Part shown: positions 8,609 through 18,371 of the stretch, piece by piece
How positions within the stretch are numbered: position 1 is the stretch's first letter
Layout of the letters: the number at the start of each line of letters is the position of its first letter
DNA from: Methanonatronarchaeales archaeon
GTDB lineage: Archaea > Halobacteriota > Methanonatronarchaeia > JAANXF01
DNA length: 64,000 nt
Reading direction: 5' to 3'
NCBI GenBank assembly: GCA_018263395.1
Contig: JAANXF010000017.1
Coordinates: 16,001-80,000 of the forward strand
The notes under the pieces: generated by a model
Database searches by the model: none
Told to the model about the DNA's origin: nothing
The model's input: only the letters and a program-made list of their open reading frames with translations
Program-made: the position numbers and the translations under genes

Positions 8609-9649
8609 CTACTCGACGGTACACACCTCTCCGTCCGTGAACAGCCGATACCGCGTGGCCAGCGCCACCTTCACCAGTGCCAGCATGACGGGGACCTCTA
8701 TCAGGGGACCGATAACGGTGGCCAGGGCTGCGTCGCTGGCGACCCCGAAGGCCGCCACGGCTACGGCGATTGCGAGCTCAAAGTTGTTGGAGCCGGCGGT
8801 GAACGCTATGCTCACCCCCTCCCGGTAGGAGAAGCCGAGGGCTGAGGAGACGAGGTACGCCGCAGTCCAGATCCCGGCGAAGAACAGGAGCAGCGGGGCC
8901 GCCACCAGCCCGACCAACAGGGGGTCCGCCAGCACGTGCTCCCCTTTCAGGGCGAACATGACCAGGACAGTGAAAAGCAGGCCCATCAGTCCGACCGGCG
9001 AGATTCGGGGCACGAACCGGGAGAAGTACGCCTCGCGCCCGACCGTGGCGAATCCGGCTCGTTGCGTACCGTACCCGAGCACGAGGGGGAGACCGAGGAA
9101 CACTAGGACCGTTCGGGCCACGAGGGCGAGGTCGGCCTCCACCGCGGAGCCCTGCAGCACGGTCAGGAGAAGGAAGGCGTAGGGGACGAAGAGCAGGACC
9201 TGCAGCACGCTGTTCACCCCGACGCAGATGGCGCACATCTCCTGGTTCCCACCCGCCAGATCGTTCCACACCAGCACCATGGCGATACAGGGCGCGATGC
9301 CGACCAGAACCAGCCCCGTCAGGAGCCCCGGGTGGTTCCGCAGGAACAGCCACGCGAGGCCGTACATCAGGAAGGGCGCCACTGTCCAGTTGAACCCGAG
9401 GGTGACCCCTATCTCGCGCCGAGCCGTCCGGGAGACCTTCGGCACCGCGCGGTAGTCCACCCTCGCCATGATTGGATACAGCATGGCGAAGAGCCCGGCG
9501 GCGATCGGCAGGCTCGTGCCGGCGACGGAGAACGCGTCCAGCGCCTCAGCCACCCCGGGAAGGACCCGGCCGAACAGGAGACCCGCAGCCATGGCGAGAA
9601 GGATCCAGAGCGTGAGAAAACGGTCCAGGACGTCGAGGTCCCTCGTCAC
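8609..9649 (-). CDS. acr3: ACR3-family arsenite efflux permease
   Basis: The 346-aa polytopic membrane ORF has LVLVGIAPCIAMVLVWNDLAGGN, the conserved Cys-containing ACR3 segment. Its GTG start overlaps the arsR stop. Confidence 0.88.
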   Translation of the reverse strand: MTRDLDVLDRFLTLWILLAMAAGLLFGRVLPGVAEALDAFSVAGTSLPIAAGLFAMLYPIMARVDYRAVPKVSRTARREIGVTLGFNWTVAPFLMYGLAWLFLRNHPGLLTGLVLVGIAPCIAMVLVWNDLAGGNQEMCAICVGVNSVLQVLLFVPYAFLLLTVLQGSAVEADLALVARTVLVFLGLPLVLGYGTQRAGFATVGREAYFSRFVPRISPVGLMGLLFTVLVMFALKGEHVLADPLLVGLVAAPLLLFFAGIWTAAYLVSSALGFSYREGVSIAFTAGSNNFELAIAVAVAAFGVASDAALATVIGPLIEVPVMLALVKVALATRYRLFTDGEVCTVE

Positions 9650-9893
9650 TCCTCGCCCTCCAGCGCCTCCAGCAGCCGCTCCGCCCCCTCCGTCGCGTCG
9701 TAGAAGGCCCCCTCCCCTCCCGGCGCCGCGTCACGAGTCCCGCGCCCCGCAGCGTCGCCAGGCCGTGGCTCACCGCGCTCGACGAGACGTCCAGCACGGC
9801 GTCCAGCTCGCAGACGCAGACCTCCCCCTCCGCCCCGACCAGCGCCCTGACGATGCGGAGCCGGGTCCCGCTGGACAGGGCGGAGAGCGCCAC
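9646..9893 (-). pseudogene. arsR: ArsR-family metalloregulator interrupted by a 1-nt frameshift (or a sequencing error)
   Basis: The N-terminal frame reads LSALSSGTRLRIVRALVGAEGEVCVCELDAVLDVSSSAVSHGLATLRGAGLVTRRREGRG. After the C5 run at 9708-9712 the sensible continuation AFYDATEGAERLLEALEGEE-stop is in another frame, and that frame gives the GTGA overlap with acr3. The span is 248 nt, which is 3n-1. Confidence 0.75.
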
Positions 9894-10272
9894 GAGGTCG
9901 TCATCGACCTCCCCGCCGGCTGCATCCGCCAGGCGCCGCAGCCGCCGCTCCTCCTCGTCCAGCGCCTCCGCGCCGCAGAACCGGCCCAGGGCCTACCTGC
10001 CGCGACGTTCAGGGTCCAGTGGACGTACAGGAACCGGATGTAGGCGACGAACCCCCGCGGTAACTCCCCGCATCACAGACAGGAGCGCTGTCCGGCCACC
10101 GGCAGGGGTACCGGAGGAATGCCGGCGAGGTTGTCCATCAGGGCCGCGAGGTGGTACAGCGTCCGGGCGCTCGGCAACGCTTTCGTGGGCGTAACTGTCG
10201 GCTGCGAGGGATAAAGTGCGAGGGGTGCCTCGCTATGCCCGCCCGGGCGCGTTCAGAGGCAATCTTTGGGCC

Positions 10273-11847
10273 TCACAGGTGGATCAGGTGGGCGTCGCGG
10301 ACTCCGTCTATTGCCCGTATCTCCTCTACCGCCTCGTCAGGGACCTCGCCGTCAGTCTCCATCAGCATCACGGCCTTTCCCCCGGCCTCCTGCCTGCCGA
10401 CCTGCATCCCCGCGATGTTTACGCCGCGGTCCCCCATCGAGGTGCCGACCTCGCCTATCACGCCCGGCTTGTCGACGTGGTGCGTGAACAACATGGTCCT
10501 CTCCATGGGTGCGTCGATGCGGTACCCGTCCACCTCTATAAGGCGGAATGCCTTTTTACCGAAGACCGTGCCGGAGACGGTTTTCCCGCCCTCCGAGGTC
10601 GTCACCTCGATCGTCACCAGATTGGTGAAGTTGTCGGTGTCTCCCTTCGTCTCCGAGATCCTGACGCCCCTGTTCTTCGCCACTATATCGGCGTTGAGGA
10701 ATGTGGGGGGCTCCTGGAGGAGCGGTGTCAGCACGCCCTTGACCCCCGCTATCCGTATCGGCTCGATGTCCTCACGGCTTATCTCTCCGGCCGCCCTGAC
10801 CTGTATCTCTTCTATGGAGCCGGTCAGCATCTGGGATGCGAACCTGCCCAGCTTCTCCGCAAGCATGATGTAGGGGCCAAGCCTATCCATGGCCTCCTTC
10901 GACACGACCGGAACGTTGACGGCGGACCGTATTGGCTCGCCCTTCAGCGCCCTCGTGACCTGACGAGCCGTCGAGACGGCGACACTCCGCTGCGCCTCCT
11001 CGGTCGAGGCCCCGAGGTGCGGGGTCGCGATGAGGTTGTCCAGCTCGAGCAGTGGGTTGTCATCCGGTGGCTCCTCCTCGAAGACGTCGAGGGCCGCACC
11101 GGCTATCTCGCCTTCCTCGAGGGCCCAGTAGAGGGCGTCCTCGTCGATGATGCCGCCGCGCGCCACGTTTAGCAGCCGCGCGCCCTCCTTCATTCTCCCG
11201 ATCTCCTCCTCGCCTATCATGCCCCTGGTCTCGTCCGTCAGGGGGACGTGGAACGTCATGAAGTCGGCCTCCTCCACAATCTCGTCCACGCCCCTGAGCG
11301 TGGTCCCCATCTGGTTCGCCCGGTCCTCCGAGATGTACGGGTCGTAGGCGACGACGTTCATGTCGAAGGCCTGAGCCCTCCTGGCCACCTCGGCTCCTAT
11401 GCGTCCGAGGCCGAAGACGCCGAGCGTCTTGTCGTACAGCTCCACGCCGAGATACTTCGACTTCTCCCACCGTCCAGACTTTACGGACTCGTAGGCCTGC
11501 GGGATGTTTCGAGCGAGGGAGAGCATGAGACCCACGGTGTGCTCCGCCGCGCTTATGGTGGATGACTGCGGCGAGTTGAGGACTACGATTCCGCGCTCCG
11601 TGGCGGCGTCGAGGTCTATGTTGTCCACACCCACTCCGGCGCGCCCGACGACCTTCAGGCGATCGGCCGCCTCGAGAAACTCCGCGTCCACTGCAGTGCC
11701 GCTTCTGACTATTATGGCGTCGAACCCGGGGGCCTCCTCGAGAAGCCTCTCGCGGTCGAAGGTGGTCGCGTCGACGGCCTCCGCCTCCTCCTCGAGGGCT
11801 CTGATTCCCTCCCGGTCGATTGGATCCGTAACCGCAATTCTGAACAT
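10273..11847 (-). CDS. serA: D-3-phosphoglycerate dehydrogenase with C-terminal ACT domain
   Basis: The sequence MFRIAVTDPI...VVGRAGVGVDNIDL...GVFGLGRIGAEVARRA...ATPHLGAST plus a C-terminal ACT-like region supports the call. I prefer the internal ATG (MFRIAV) over the track start at 11907. Confidence 0.88.
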   Translation of the reverse strand: MFRIAVTDPIDREGIRALEEEAEAVDATTFDRERLLEEAPGFDAIIVRSGTAVDAEFLEAADRLKVVGRAGVGVDNIDLDAATERGIVVLNSPQSSTISAAEHTVGLMLSLARNIPQAYESVKSGRWEKSKYLGVELYDKTLGVFGLGRIGAEVARRAQAFDMNVVAYDPYISEDRANQMGTTLRGVDEIVEEADFMTFHVPLTDETRGMIGEEEIGRMKEGARLLNVARGGIIDEDALYWALEEGEIAGAALDVFEEEPPDDNPLLELDNLIATPHLGASTEEAQRSVAVSTARQVTRALKGEPIRSAVNVPVVSKEAMDRLGPYIMLAEKLGRFASQMLTGSIEEIQVRAAGEISREDIEPIRIAGVKGVLTPLLQEPPTFLNADIVAKNRGVRISETKGDTDNFTNLVTIEVTTSEGGKTVSGTVFGKKAFRLIEVDGYRIDAPMERTMLFTHHVDKPGVIGEVGTSMGDRGVNIAGMQVGRQEAGGKAVMLMETDGEVPDEAVEEIRAIDGVRDAHLIHL

Positions 11848-11976
11848 CGCGCCACTTAGATGCAGCGCGCGCCGCTTTATTCTTTCCGGGACGGCCCTGG
11901 CGCACAAGAGGGATGTGAGTGTAGAGTCACAGGTGGAAAAGCTTTATCTATGCACCGTCCGAGTTATCGGCCCCTG

Positions 11977-12372
11977 ATGATGGAATCGTCACAGGCCATC
12001 GAGGTCGCCCGGGACGTGGCCGGCAGGCTGGTGCTCGAAGAGTCACGCGGCTCGCTGGTGAGGGGACTCAGGGTGAAGACGGGCCTGACGCAGAGCGAGC
12101 TGGCCGGGATACTCGGAACCACCAGAGAGCGGGTCTCCCGCGTCGAGAACGGCCACGTCGCTCCGTCCGTCGACTTCCTCGAGAGGTGTTCCAAGACCTT
12201 CGCCCTCGGCGAAGTGGCGAGGGAGATGGACATCAGGGGCGAACTCGACCACAGGGAGCTCGTCAGGGAGGCGAACAGGCTCGGCGTGGACGAGGAGGAC
12301 CTGGACCTGCTGCTCATAGAGGCCCTGACGAGCCTCGACGAGAAGAGGAGGAGCCTGATAAGGGAGCTTTGA
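11977..12372 (+). CDS. XRE-family helix-turn-helix protein
   Basis: GLRVKTGLTQSELAGILGTTRERVSRVENGHVAPS is a classic HTH_3 segment. A TATA-like aagctttatcta lies about 30 nt upstream of the ATGATG at 11977, so I shortened the track ORF (11860). Confidence 0.7.
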   Translation: MMESSQAIEVARDVAGRLVLEESRGSLVRGLRVKTGLTQSELAGILGTTRERVSRVENGHVAPSVDFLERCSKTFALGEVAREMDIRGELDHRELVREANRLGVDEEDLDLLLIEALTSLDEKRRSLIREL

Positions 12373-12373
12373 C

Positions 12374-14629
12374 GTGGTCACCATGAAACCGATTCTGGAC
12401 ATAGAGGACGTAGGGAAGGAGGACTTGGAGAGGGTCGGCGGGAAGGGAGCGAGCCTCGGAAGGCTGGTCGGGGCGGACCTGAACGTGCCGCCCGGGTTCA
12501 TCGTAACCGCCGGCGCGTTCAGAAAATTCATAGACGAAAACGGCATTGCCGACGAGATATTCGCCCTCCTAAGAGAGGTGGACTCCGAGGACTCCCAGAG
12601 CCTCAAGGAGGCAAGCGAGTCCATCGAGGACCTCATAATGGGGGCAGATTTCCCGGCGTACCTCCGGGAGGAAATACGCGGTTTCTACGCCGACCTGGAC
12701 GACGAACCGTACGTCGCCGTCCGGTCGTCGGCGACCGCGGAGGACCTGCCCGACGCCAGCTTCGCCGGTCAGCAGAAAACGTTCCTCAACGTCAGGGGCT
12801 ACGAGGACCTGGAGGAGGGCATCAGGCGTTGCTGGGCCTCCCTGTACACCCCGCGTGCTATATTCTACCGGGAGAATCAGGGGTTCGAGCACGAGCAGGT
12901 CGACATCGCCGTCGTGGTCCAGGTGATGGTGGACGCCGAGAAGGCCGGCGTCATGTTCACCAGCCACCCCACCACCGGAAAGCCGGAGGTCCTGATAGAG
13001 GCGGCGTGGGGCCTCGGCGAATCCGTGGTCGGCGGAGGTGTATCCCCCGACAGCTACTCGGTAGACCGCGCCACGGGAAGGGTCATAGACGTAAACATCG
13101 GTAACAAGGGGATAATGTTCGTGAGGGAGGACGGCTCCACGGTCGAGAAGGAGGTGCCCCGGGAGAGGGCCGAGGCCAGGGTGCTCGACGAGGAGGAGCT
13201 GCGGGGGCTCACCGACCTCGCCGATGAGCTGGAGGGCCACTACGGTTCCCCTCAGGACGTGGAGTGGGCAATAGTAGGCGACGAGGTCTTCCTGCTCCAG
13301 TCCCGTCCGATCACGACGATAAGGGGAGAGGTCGAGGCGGAGGAGGTCACCGGCGAAGTGCTGCTCACCGGGCTCCCCGCGTCCCCGGGACGGGCAGCGG
13401 GTCGGGTAAAGCTCATCTGGTCCGTGAACGAGCTCGACCGCGTGGAGAGTGGCGACGTACTCGTTACCGAGATGACGACCCCGGACATGGTTCCCGGAAT
13501 GAAGCGGGCAGCCGCCATCGTGACGGACGAGGGGGGACTCACCTGCCACGCAGCCATAGTGTCACGGGAGCTAGGGACCCCCTGCATCGTGGGAACCAGC
13601 AAGGCCACTGCCACCCTGTCAGATGGACAGGTGGTCACCATCGACGGGGACCGCGGAAAGGTCTACCGCGGCAACCTCGAGGAGGGTAACGGGGAGTCCG
13701 CGGAAGCCCGGGGGCCGCGGGCCGCCCCGGCCGAGGTCACGGCGACCGAGGTGAAGGTGAACGTATCCATACCGGAGGCCGCGGAGAGGGCAGCCGCCAC
13801 CGGTGCCGACGGCGTGGGACTCCTCCGCCTCGAACACATGGTGCTGGACCTGGAGATGCACCCCTCCGCCTACATAGAGGAGGGCCGCGGGGACGAGTAC
13901 GTCGACGCCCTCTTCGAGGGAGTCTCGCGGGTGGCCGAGGCGTTCTACCCCCGACCGGTGTGGGTCCGGACCCTGGACGCCCCCACCGACGAGTTCCGCT
14001 CCATGGAGGGCGGCGAGAGCGAACCCGTGGAGCAAAACCCCATGATGGGGCTCCGCGGGATCAGGCGCGACCTCGAGGAGACGGAACACTTCGCCCTGGA
14101 GGCCGTGTGCTTCCGGAGACTCGTCGACCGCGGCCTGGACAACGTGGGAATCATGCTGCCCCTCGTATCCGAGGCCGGGCAGGTCGGGCGTGCCCGGGAG
14201 CTGCTGGAGGCGGAGGGGCTGGACCTCGACGCCCTGGACTTTGGAGTGATGGTGGAGACGCCGGCCTCCGCACTCGTGGTCGAGGATATCGCGTCCGAGG
14301 GGGTCGACTTCGTATCCTTCGGAACCAACGACCTCACCCAGTACACGCTCGCCGTCGACAGGAACGACGAGAACGTCAGGGACCTGTACCGGGCGGACCA
14401 CCCTGCCGTCCTGAAACTCATCGAGCGCGTCATCGACACCTGCAGCGACCTGGGCGTGAAGACCTCGATATGCGGACAGGCCGGCAGCGACCCGAGGTTC
14501 GTCGAGACTCTGGTGAACTACGGCATCGACAGCGTATCCGCCAACATCGACGCCGTCTCCAGAATCCGCAGGACCGTGGCCAGGGCCGAGAGGCGTATAA
14601 TGCTGGAATCCGCCAGACGCAGGAGCTAA
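12374..14629 (+). CDS. ppsA: Phosphoenolpyruvate synthase (pyruvate, water dikinase)
   Basis: The 751-aa ORF has the N-terminal ATP-grasp GGKGASLG, the phosphohistidine segment TDEGGLTCHAAIVSRELGTPCIVG and a C-terminal PEP-utilising TIM barrel (SFGTNDLTQY). Confidence 0.93.
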   Translation: MVTMKPILDIEDVGKEDLERVGGKGASLGRLVGADLNVPPGFIVTAGAFRKFIDENGIADEIFALLREVDSEDSQSLKEASESIEDLIMGADFPAYLREEIRGFYADLDDEPYVAVRSSATAEDLPDASFAGQQKTFLNVRGYEDLEEGIRRCWASLYTPRAIFYRENQGFEHEQVDIAVVVQVMVDAEKAGVMFTSHPTTGKPEVLIEAAWGLGESVVGGGVSPDSYSVDRATGRVIDVNIGNKGIMFVREDGSTVEKEVPRERAEARVLDEEELRGLTDLADELEGHYGSPQDVEWAIVGDEVFLLQSRPITTIRGEVEAEEVTGEVLLTGLPASPGRAAGRVKLIWSVNELDRVESGDVLVTEMTTPDMVPGMKRAAAIVTDEGGLTCHAAIVSRELGTPCIVGTSKATATLSDGQVVTIDGDRGKVYRGNLEEGNGESAEARGPRAAPAEVTATEVKVNVSIPEAAERAAATGADGVGLLRLEHMVLDLEMHPSAYIEEGRGDEYVDALFEGVSRVAEAFYPRPVWVRTLDAPTDEFRSMEGGESEPVEQNPMMGLRGIRRDLEETEHFALEAVCFRRLVDRGLDNVGIMLPLVSEAGQVGRARELLEAEGLDLDALDFGVMVETPASALVVEDIASEGVDFVSFGTNDLTQYTLAVDRNDENVRDLYRADHPAVLKLIERVIDTCSDLGVKTSICGQAGSDPRFVETLVNYGIDSVSANIDAVSRIRRTVARAERRIMLESARRRS

Positions 14630-14657
14630 GGAGCTCACCGACGAATCCCCCACCCAG

Positions 14658-15788
14658 ATGCACAGGAGGCGGACCGACGAAGAGGAGGTCCTTAAGCAGC
14701 TCCGCAAAGCCAGGGAGAGGGACAGCTCCTACCGCAGTGACCGCGTCCTGAGCTCGATGTGCACCCACCCGCTCCCGGTCGCGGCCGAGGCCCACCGCCT
14801 CTTCATGGGGACAAACCTCGGCGACCCCGGCCTGTTCCCCGGAGCCGCCGAGGTCGAGTCGAAGGTCGTGGCGGAGCTCTCACGGCTCCTGAACCTGGAG
14901 GGCGGCGCGGGATACGTAACCACCGGCGGCACCGAGTCAAACGTACAGGCCCTGCGCGCAATCAGGAACGTCTCGGACGTCGAGGACCCCGAAATCGTGG
15001 TCCCCAGGTCGGCGCACTTCTCTTTTGACAAGGCCGCCGACATGCTCGGCGTCAGGCTCAGGAGGGCACCTCTGGGTGGGGACTACGCGGTCGACCCCTC
15101 AGGCGCCGAGGACCTGGTCAACGACCGGACCGTCGCACTCGTCGCCGTCGCGGGAACCACGGAGACCGGACAGGTGGACCCGGTCGACGAGCTCGCCGAG
15201 GTCGCGGAGGAACACTGCCTGCTGCTGCACGTCGACGCCGCCTTCGGTGGATTCGTCCTTCCCTTCCTGGACGACGCCCCGGAGTTCGACTTCTCGATCG
15301 ACGCCGTGGACACGATGACGGTGGACCCCCACAAGATGGGGTTCAGCACCATACCGTCCGGTTCACTGCTGCTGAGGGAGGAGGAGCTGCTGGACTCCCT
15401 CGCCACTGCCACACCGTATCTCACATCGGACGAGCAGCACTCCCTCACAGGGACCCGCACCGGGGCCGGAGCCGCCTCCGCCTACGCCGCCATGACGAGG
15501 CTCGGAAGGGAGGGATATCGCGAGGAGGTGGAGAGGTGCATGGGGAACGCGGAGACACTCGCACGCGGCGTCGGGGAGGTGCCCGGACTTGGGCTCTCCC
15601 TGGAGCCGGTGACCAACGTAGTATCGGTGACGGCCGACGAGCCCCACCGGCTCGCAGCGAAACTGGAGGAGAGGGGGTGGAGCGTCTCGGTCTCATCGCT
15701 GCCCGAGGCGCTGCGGCTCGTCGTCATGCCGCACGTCACCCGCGAGACAGTAGAGCAGTTCCTGGACGACCTGGAGGACCTGGCGTGA
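14658..15788 (+). CDS. mfnA: PLP-dependent L-tyrosine/L-aspartate decarboxylase MfnA
   Basis: The 376-aa ORF has SSMCTHP, GYVTTGGTESNVQALR and VDPHKMGFSTIPSGSLL (PLP lysine), the archaeal MfnA pattern. Confidence 0.85.
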   Translation: MHRRRTDEEEVLKQLRKARERDSSYRSDRVLSSMCTHPLPVAAEAHRLFMGTNLGDPGLFPGAAEVESKVVAELSRLLNLEGGAGYVTTGGTESNVQALRAIRNVSDVEDPEIVVPRSAHFSFDKAADMLGVRLRRAPLGGDYAVDPSGAEDLVNDRTVALVAVAGTTETGQVDPVDELAEVAEEHCLLLHVDAAFGGFVLPFLDDAPEFDFSIDAVDTMTVDPHKMGFSTIPSGSLLLREEELLDSLATATPYLTSDEQHSLTGTRTGAGAASAYAAMTRLGREGYREEVERCMGNAETLARGVGEVPGLGLSLEPVTNVVSVTADEPHRLAAKLEERGWSVSVSSLPEALRLVVMPHVTRETVEQFLDDLEDLA

Positions 15789-16753
15789 TGGAAGAGGTCG
15801 CCCGGCGGGCAAGGGAGGCCGTGGAGGAGCGCGGCGCCGGGACCGTGGCGCTGCAGCTCCCCGGGGGCCTAAAGCGCGGGGCCGCAGCCATCGCAGGGGA
15901 GCTCCGTGACCTCGGCGCCGAAGTCGTGATATCCGGCGACCCCTGCTTCGGGGCGTGCGACCCCGCCCCCCCGGACCTCGAAGCCCTCGGCGTCGACCTG
16001 GTACTGCACCTGGGTCACAGCCCGATGGAGTTCGGCACGCTGCCCACCGTACACCTGGAGGTGGGGCCCGACGTCGACGTGGAGCCGGTGGTCAGGGAAG
16101 CCGCGACGCTCCTCGGTGAGGCCGCAGGCCTGGTAACGACCGCGCAGCACACCCGCTCGCTCGAACGCGCCGCCGCCATCCTCGCGGAAGAGGGGGTCGT
16201 GCCGGAGATAGCGGACCGCGGCAGGCGAGGCACCGGCCCCGGCCAGGTCCTCGGGTGTGACCTGGGAAACGCCCGGGTAGACGCGCCGGAGCTGCTCTAC
16301 CTCGGCACGGGACTGTTCCACCCCCTCGGGGCCCGCCTGGCCACGGGGAAGCGCGTGGTGGCCGCCGACCCGTCCACGGGCGAGACGGTGGATCTGGAGG
16401 AGGAGGTGGAGAGCTTCGTCCGCAGGAGGTTCGGCTCGGTCTCCGCAGCCTCGGACGCGGAGACCTGGGGCGTCCTCGTCGGCAGAAAGCCGGGGCAGCG
16501 ACGATTGCGGAAGGCACGGGAGTCCGCAAACCTGCTGGAGGAGAGCGGCAGGGAGGCGAACCTCGTTACGCTCGACCTGGTGACGCCCGAGGCTCTCACG
16601 AACCTCGGCATGGACGCCTACGTCAACACGTCGTGCCCCAGGCTCTCCCTGGACGACGGCGACAGGTTCGACCGCCCCGTTTTGACGCCGCCGGAGCTCG
16701 AACTGATGCTCGGACTGACTCACGAATACCGGTTCGACGAGTTCGAGAGGTAG
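15788..16753 (+). CDS. dph2: Diphthamide synthase Dph2 (2-(3-amino-3-carboxypropyl)histidine synthase)
   Basis: The sequence reads MEEVARRAREAVEERGAGTVALQLPGGLKRGA...ISGDPCFGACD...LYLGTGLFHPLG...YVNTSCPRLS. The ATG overlaps the mfnA stop. The track ORF (15536) is extended upstream in the mfnA region. Confidence 0.85.
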   Translation: MEEVARRAREAVEERGAGTVALQLPGGLKRGAAAIAGELRDLGAEVVISGDPCFGACDPAPPDLEALGVDLVLHLGHSPMEFGTLPTVHLEVGPDVDVEPVVREAATLLGEAAGLVTTAQHTRSLERAAAILAEEGVVPEIADRGRRGTGPGQVLGCDLGNARVDAPELLYLGTGLFHPLGARLATGKRVVAADPSTGETVDLEEEVESFVRRRFGSVSAASDAETWGVLVGRKPGQRRLRKARESANLLEESGREANLVTLDLVTPEALTNLGMDAYVNTSCPRLSLDDGDRFDRPVLTPPELELMLGLTHEYRFDEFER

Positions 16754-16789
16754 CGCCAGACATTTCACGGAACGCGGAGATGACGGGGC

Positions 16790-17389
16790 GTGCGAAAGAA
16801 GCACCTCGAGATGGAGCTCGAGCGCCTCGATGGATTCGACGACCCCTCCGCGAAGCTCGAGCAGTACTCCACGCCGGCGCCGATAGCCGCCGAGGTGCTT
16901 CACCTGGCCCACTCCCGCGGAGAGCTGGAGGGACGCGTCGTCGACCTGGGCTGCGGAACCGGCGTCTTCGCCGTGGGTGCCTCCCTGCTGGGGTCGGACG
17001 CCATCGGGGTCGACGTGGACCCGGGGGCCCTGGAAACGGCCCGGGAAAACGCAAGTGCTTTAGGAGCCGGGGTGGAGTTTATACTGGGCGACGTGGAGGA
17101 CCTGGAGCTGGAGGGAGACCTCGTTATCCAGAACCCGCCGTTCGGTGCACAGTCGCACGGCGCCGATCGGCCCTTCATGGAGAGGGCGATGGAGGCGGCA
17201 CCCGTCGCCTACAGCCTGCACAACGCCGCGACGAGGGACTTCGTGCGCAGACACGTGGAGACCCGCGGTGGAAGGGCGCGCGTGGAGGGAACCTACGAGT
17301 TTCCGATTCCGCGAAGCCACCACTTTCACAGGAGGGACGTCGGTGCGGTGAAGGTCGACCTGTACAGGTTCGAGTCGGAGGATGGATGA
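16790..17389 (+). CDS. METTL5/COG2263-type SAM-dependent (putative rRNA N6-adenine) methyltransferase
   Basis: It has LEQYSTP, the SAM motif VVDLGCGTGVFAVGA and the catalytic NPPFG. It sits in the conserved dph2-MTase-csl4-rpoL neighbourhood. Confidence 0.8.
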   Translation: MRKKHLEMELERLDGFDDPSAKLEQYSTPAPIAAEVLHLAHSRGELEGRVVDLGCGTGVFAVGASLLGSDAIGVDVDPGALETARENASALGAGVEFILGDVEDLELEGDLVIQNPPFGAQSHGADRPFMERAMEAAPVAYSLHNAATRDFVRRHVETRGGRARVEGTYEFPIPRSHHFHRRDVGAVKVDLYRFESEDG

Positions 17390-17942
17390 GATGTCAGAAG
17401 CCAGGATTGTGACCCCGGGAGAGAAGATGGGAAAGACCGAGGAGTACCTCGGCGGCGAGAATACGTTCGTGTCCAACGGGGAGATATACGCTGAGGTGAC
17501 AGGAACCGTGGAGACCGATGGCAGGAAGATTCAGGTGAAGCCCTCGGTTTCGACCCCCCCCGTACCCCGCCTGAACGACGTCGTGGTGGGCAAGGTGTTC
17601 CGAATAAGGAACGCCCTCGCACTCGTCAGGCTCAGCTACGTCGAGGGCAACGAGAGGCGCGAGATACCCTCCCAGGAGGTCGCGGCTCTCCACATATCCA
17701 ACCTGTCGCAGGACTACGTCGACGAGATGTCCGACGTGGTGCGCGAGGGCGACATCGTGAAGGCCCGGGTCACGAACCCGCAGAGCGGAAACATAGACCT
17801 CACGACCGCGGAGCCCGGCCTCGGGGTCGTAAGCGCCAGGTGTCAACGCGACTCCACCAGGCTGAGGAACGAGGACGGAAAGCTCGTTTGTCCGGAGTGC
17901 GGACGCGAGGAGAGCAGGAAGGTATCAGAGGACTACCGGTGA
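17382..17942 (+). CDS. csl4: Exosome complex RNA-binding subunit Csl4
   Basis: It has an N-terminal domain, an S1-like core (VVVGKVFRIRNALALVRL...GDIVKARV) and a C-terminal zinc ribbon (C...CPECG). Confidence 0.85.
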   Translation: MDEMSEARIVTPGEKMGKTEEYLGGENTFVSNGEIYAEVTGTVETDGRKIQVKPSVSTPPVPRLNDVVVGKVFRIRNALALVRLSYVEGNERREIPSQEVAALHISNLSQDYVDEMSDVVREGDIVKARVTNPQSGNIDLTTAEPGLGVVSARCQRDSTRLRNEDGKLVCPECGREESRKVSEDYR

Positions 17943-17947
17943 ACCGT

Positions 17948-18208
17948 ATGGACGTCAAGGTCCTGGAGGTGACGGACACCGAGGTAAAGCTCGAGCTACG
18001 CGGCGAGAGCCACGGCTTCCCCAACCTGCTGAAGGAGGCCCTGCTGCGGGACGGGAGAACCGGGGTCGCGTCGTACGACATCGACCACCCCCTCGAGGGG
18101 GAACCCGTCCTCTACCTCGAGACGAAGGGCGACGACCCCCTGGAGGTCCTGAGGGAGACCCTCGAAACGATCAGGGACGAGATGGAGTCGGCAGAGGCCT
18201 CCATCTAG
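17948..18208 (+). CDS. rpoL: DNA-directed RNA polymerase subunit L (Rpo11)
   Basis: MDVKVLEVTDTEVKLELRGESHGFPNLLKEALL...ASYDIDHPLEGEPVLYLETKGDDPLEVL matches the Rpo11/RpoL pattern. The start is at an internal ATG of track ORF 17840. Confidence 0.88.
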   Translation: MDVKVLEVTDTEVKLELRGESHGFPNLLKEALLRDGRTGVASYDIDHPLEGEPVLYLETKGDDPLEVLRETLETIRDEMESAEASI

Positions 18209-18323
18209 ACACGAAAACCGCCGCTTCCCGACCCGGGAACCGGGCAAACGACCGGCCACAGGATAAGGAGCCACCCCTCACCTCATCGCCACGGCCCCGT
18301 CGAAGCGGCACGGCGAACCCGTC

Positions 18324-18357
18324 GGTAAAGGATACGGTAAAGGATACGTTTTTTTTT
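18324..18357 (+). terminator. Tandem 12-bp repeat (GGTAAAGGATAC x2) followed by a T9 tract; likely intergenic terminator
   Basis: The sequence ggtaaaggatac ggtaaaggatac g ttttttttt lies between the convergent rpoL (ends 18208) and ilvC (ends 18372). Oligo-T tracts are the known archaeal termination signal. Confidence 0.5.
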
Positions 18358-18371
18358 ACGCAGTCACTCCC

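Noticed and set aside
9894-10272. Possible small genes or a degraded gene in the 379-bp gap between arsR and serA. Minus-strand peptides there include TLYHLAALMDNLAGIPPVPLPVAGQRSCL and GELPRGFVAYIRFLYVHWTLNVAAG.
   Set aside because: The fragments lie in different frames, lack convincing start codons and match nothing I recognise. This may be a decayed gene, but it cannot be supported.
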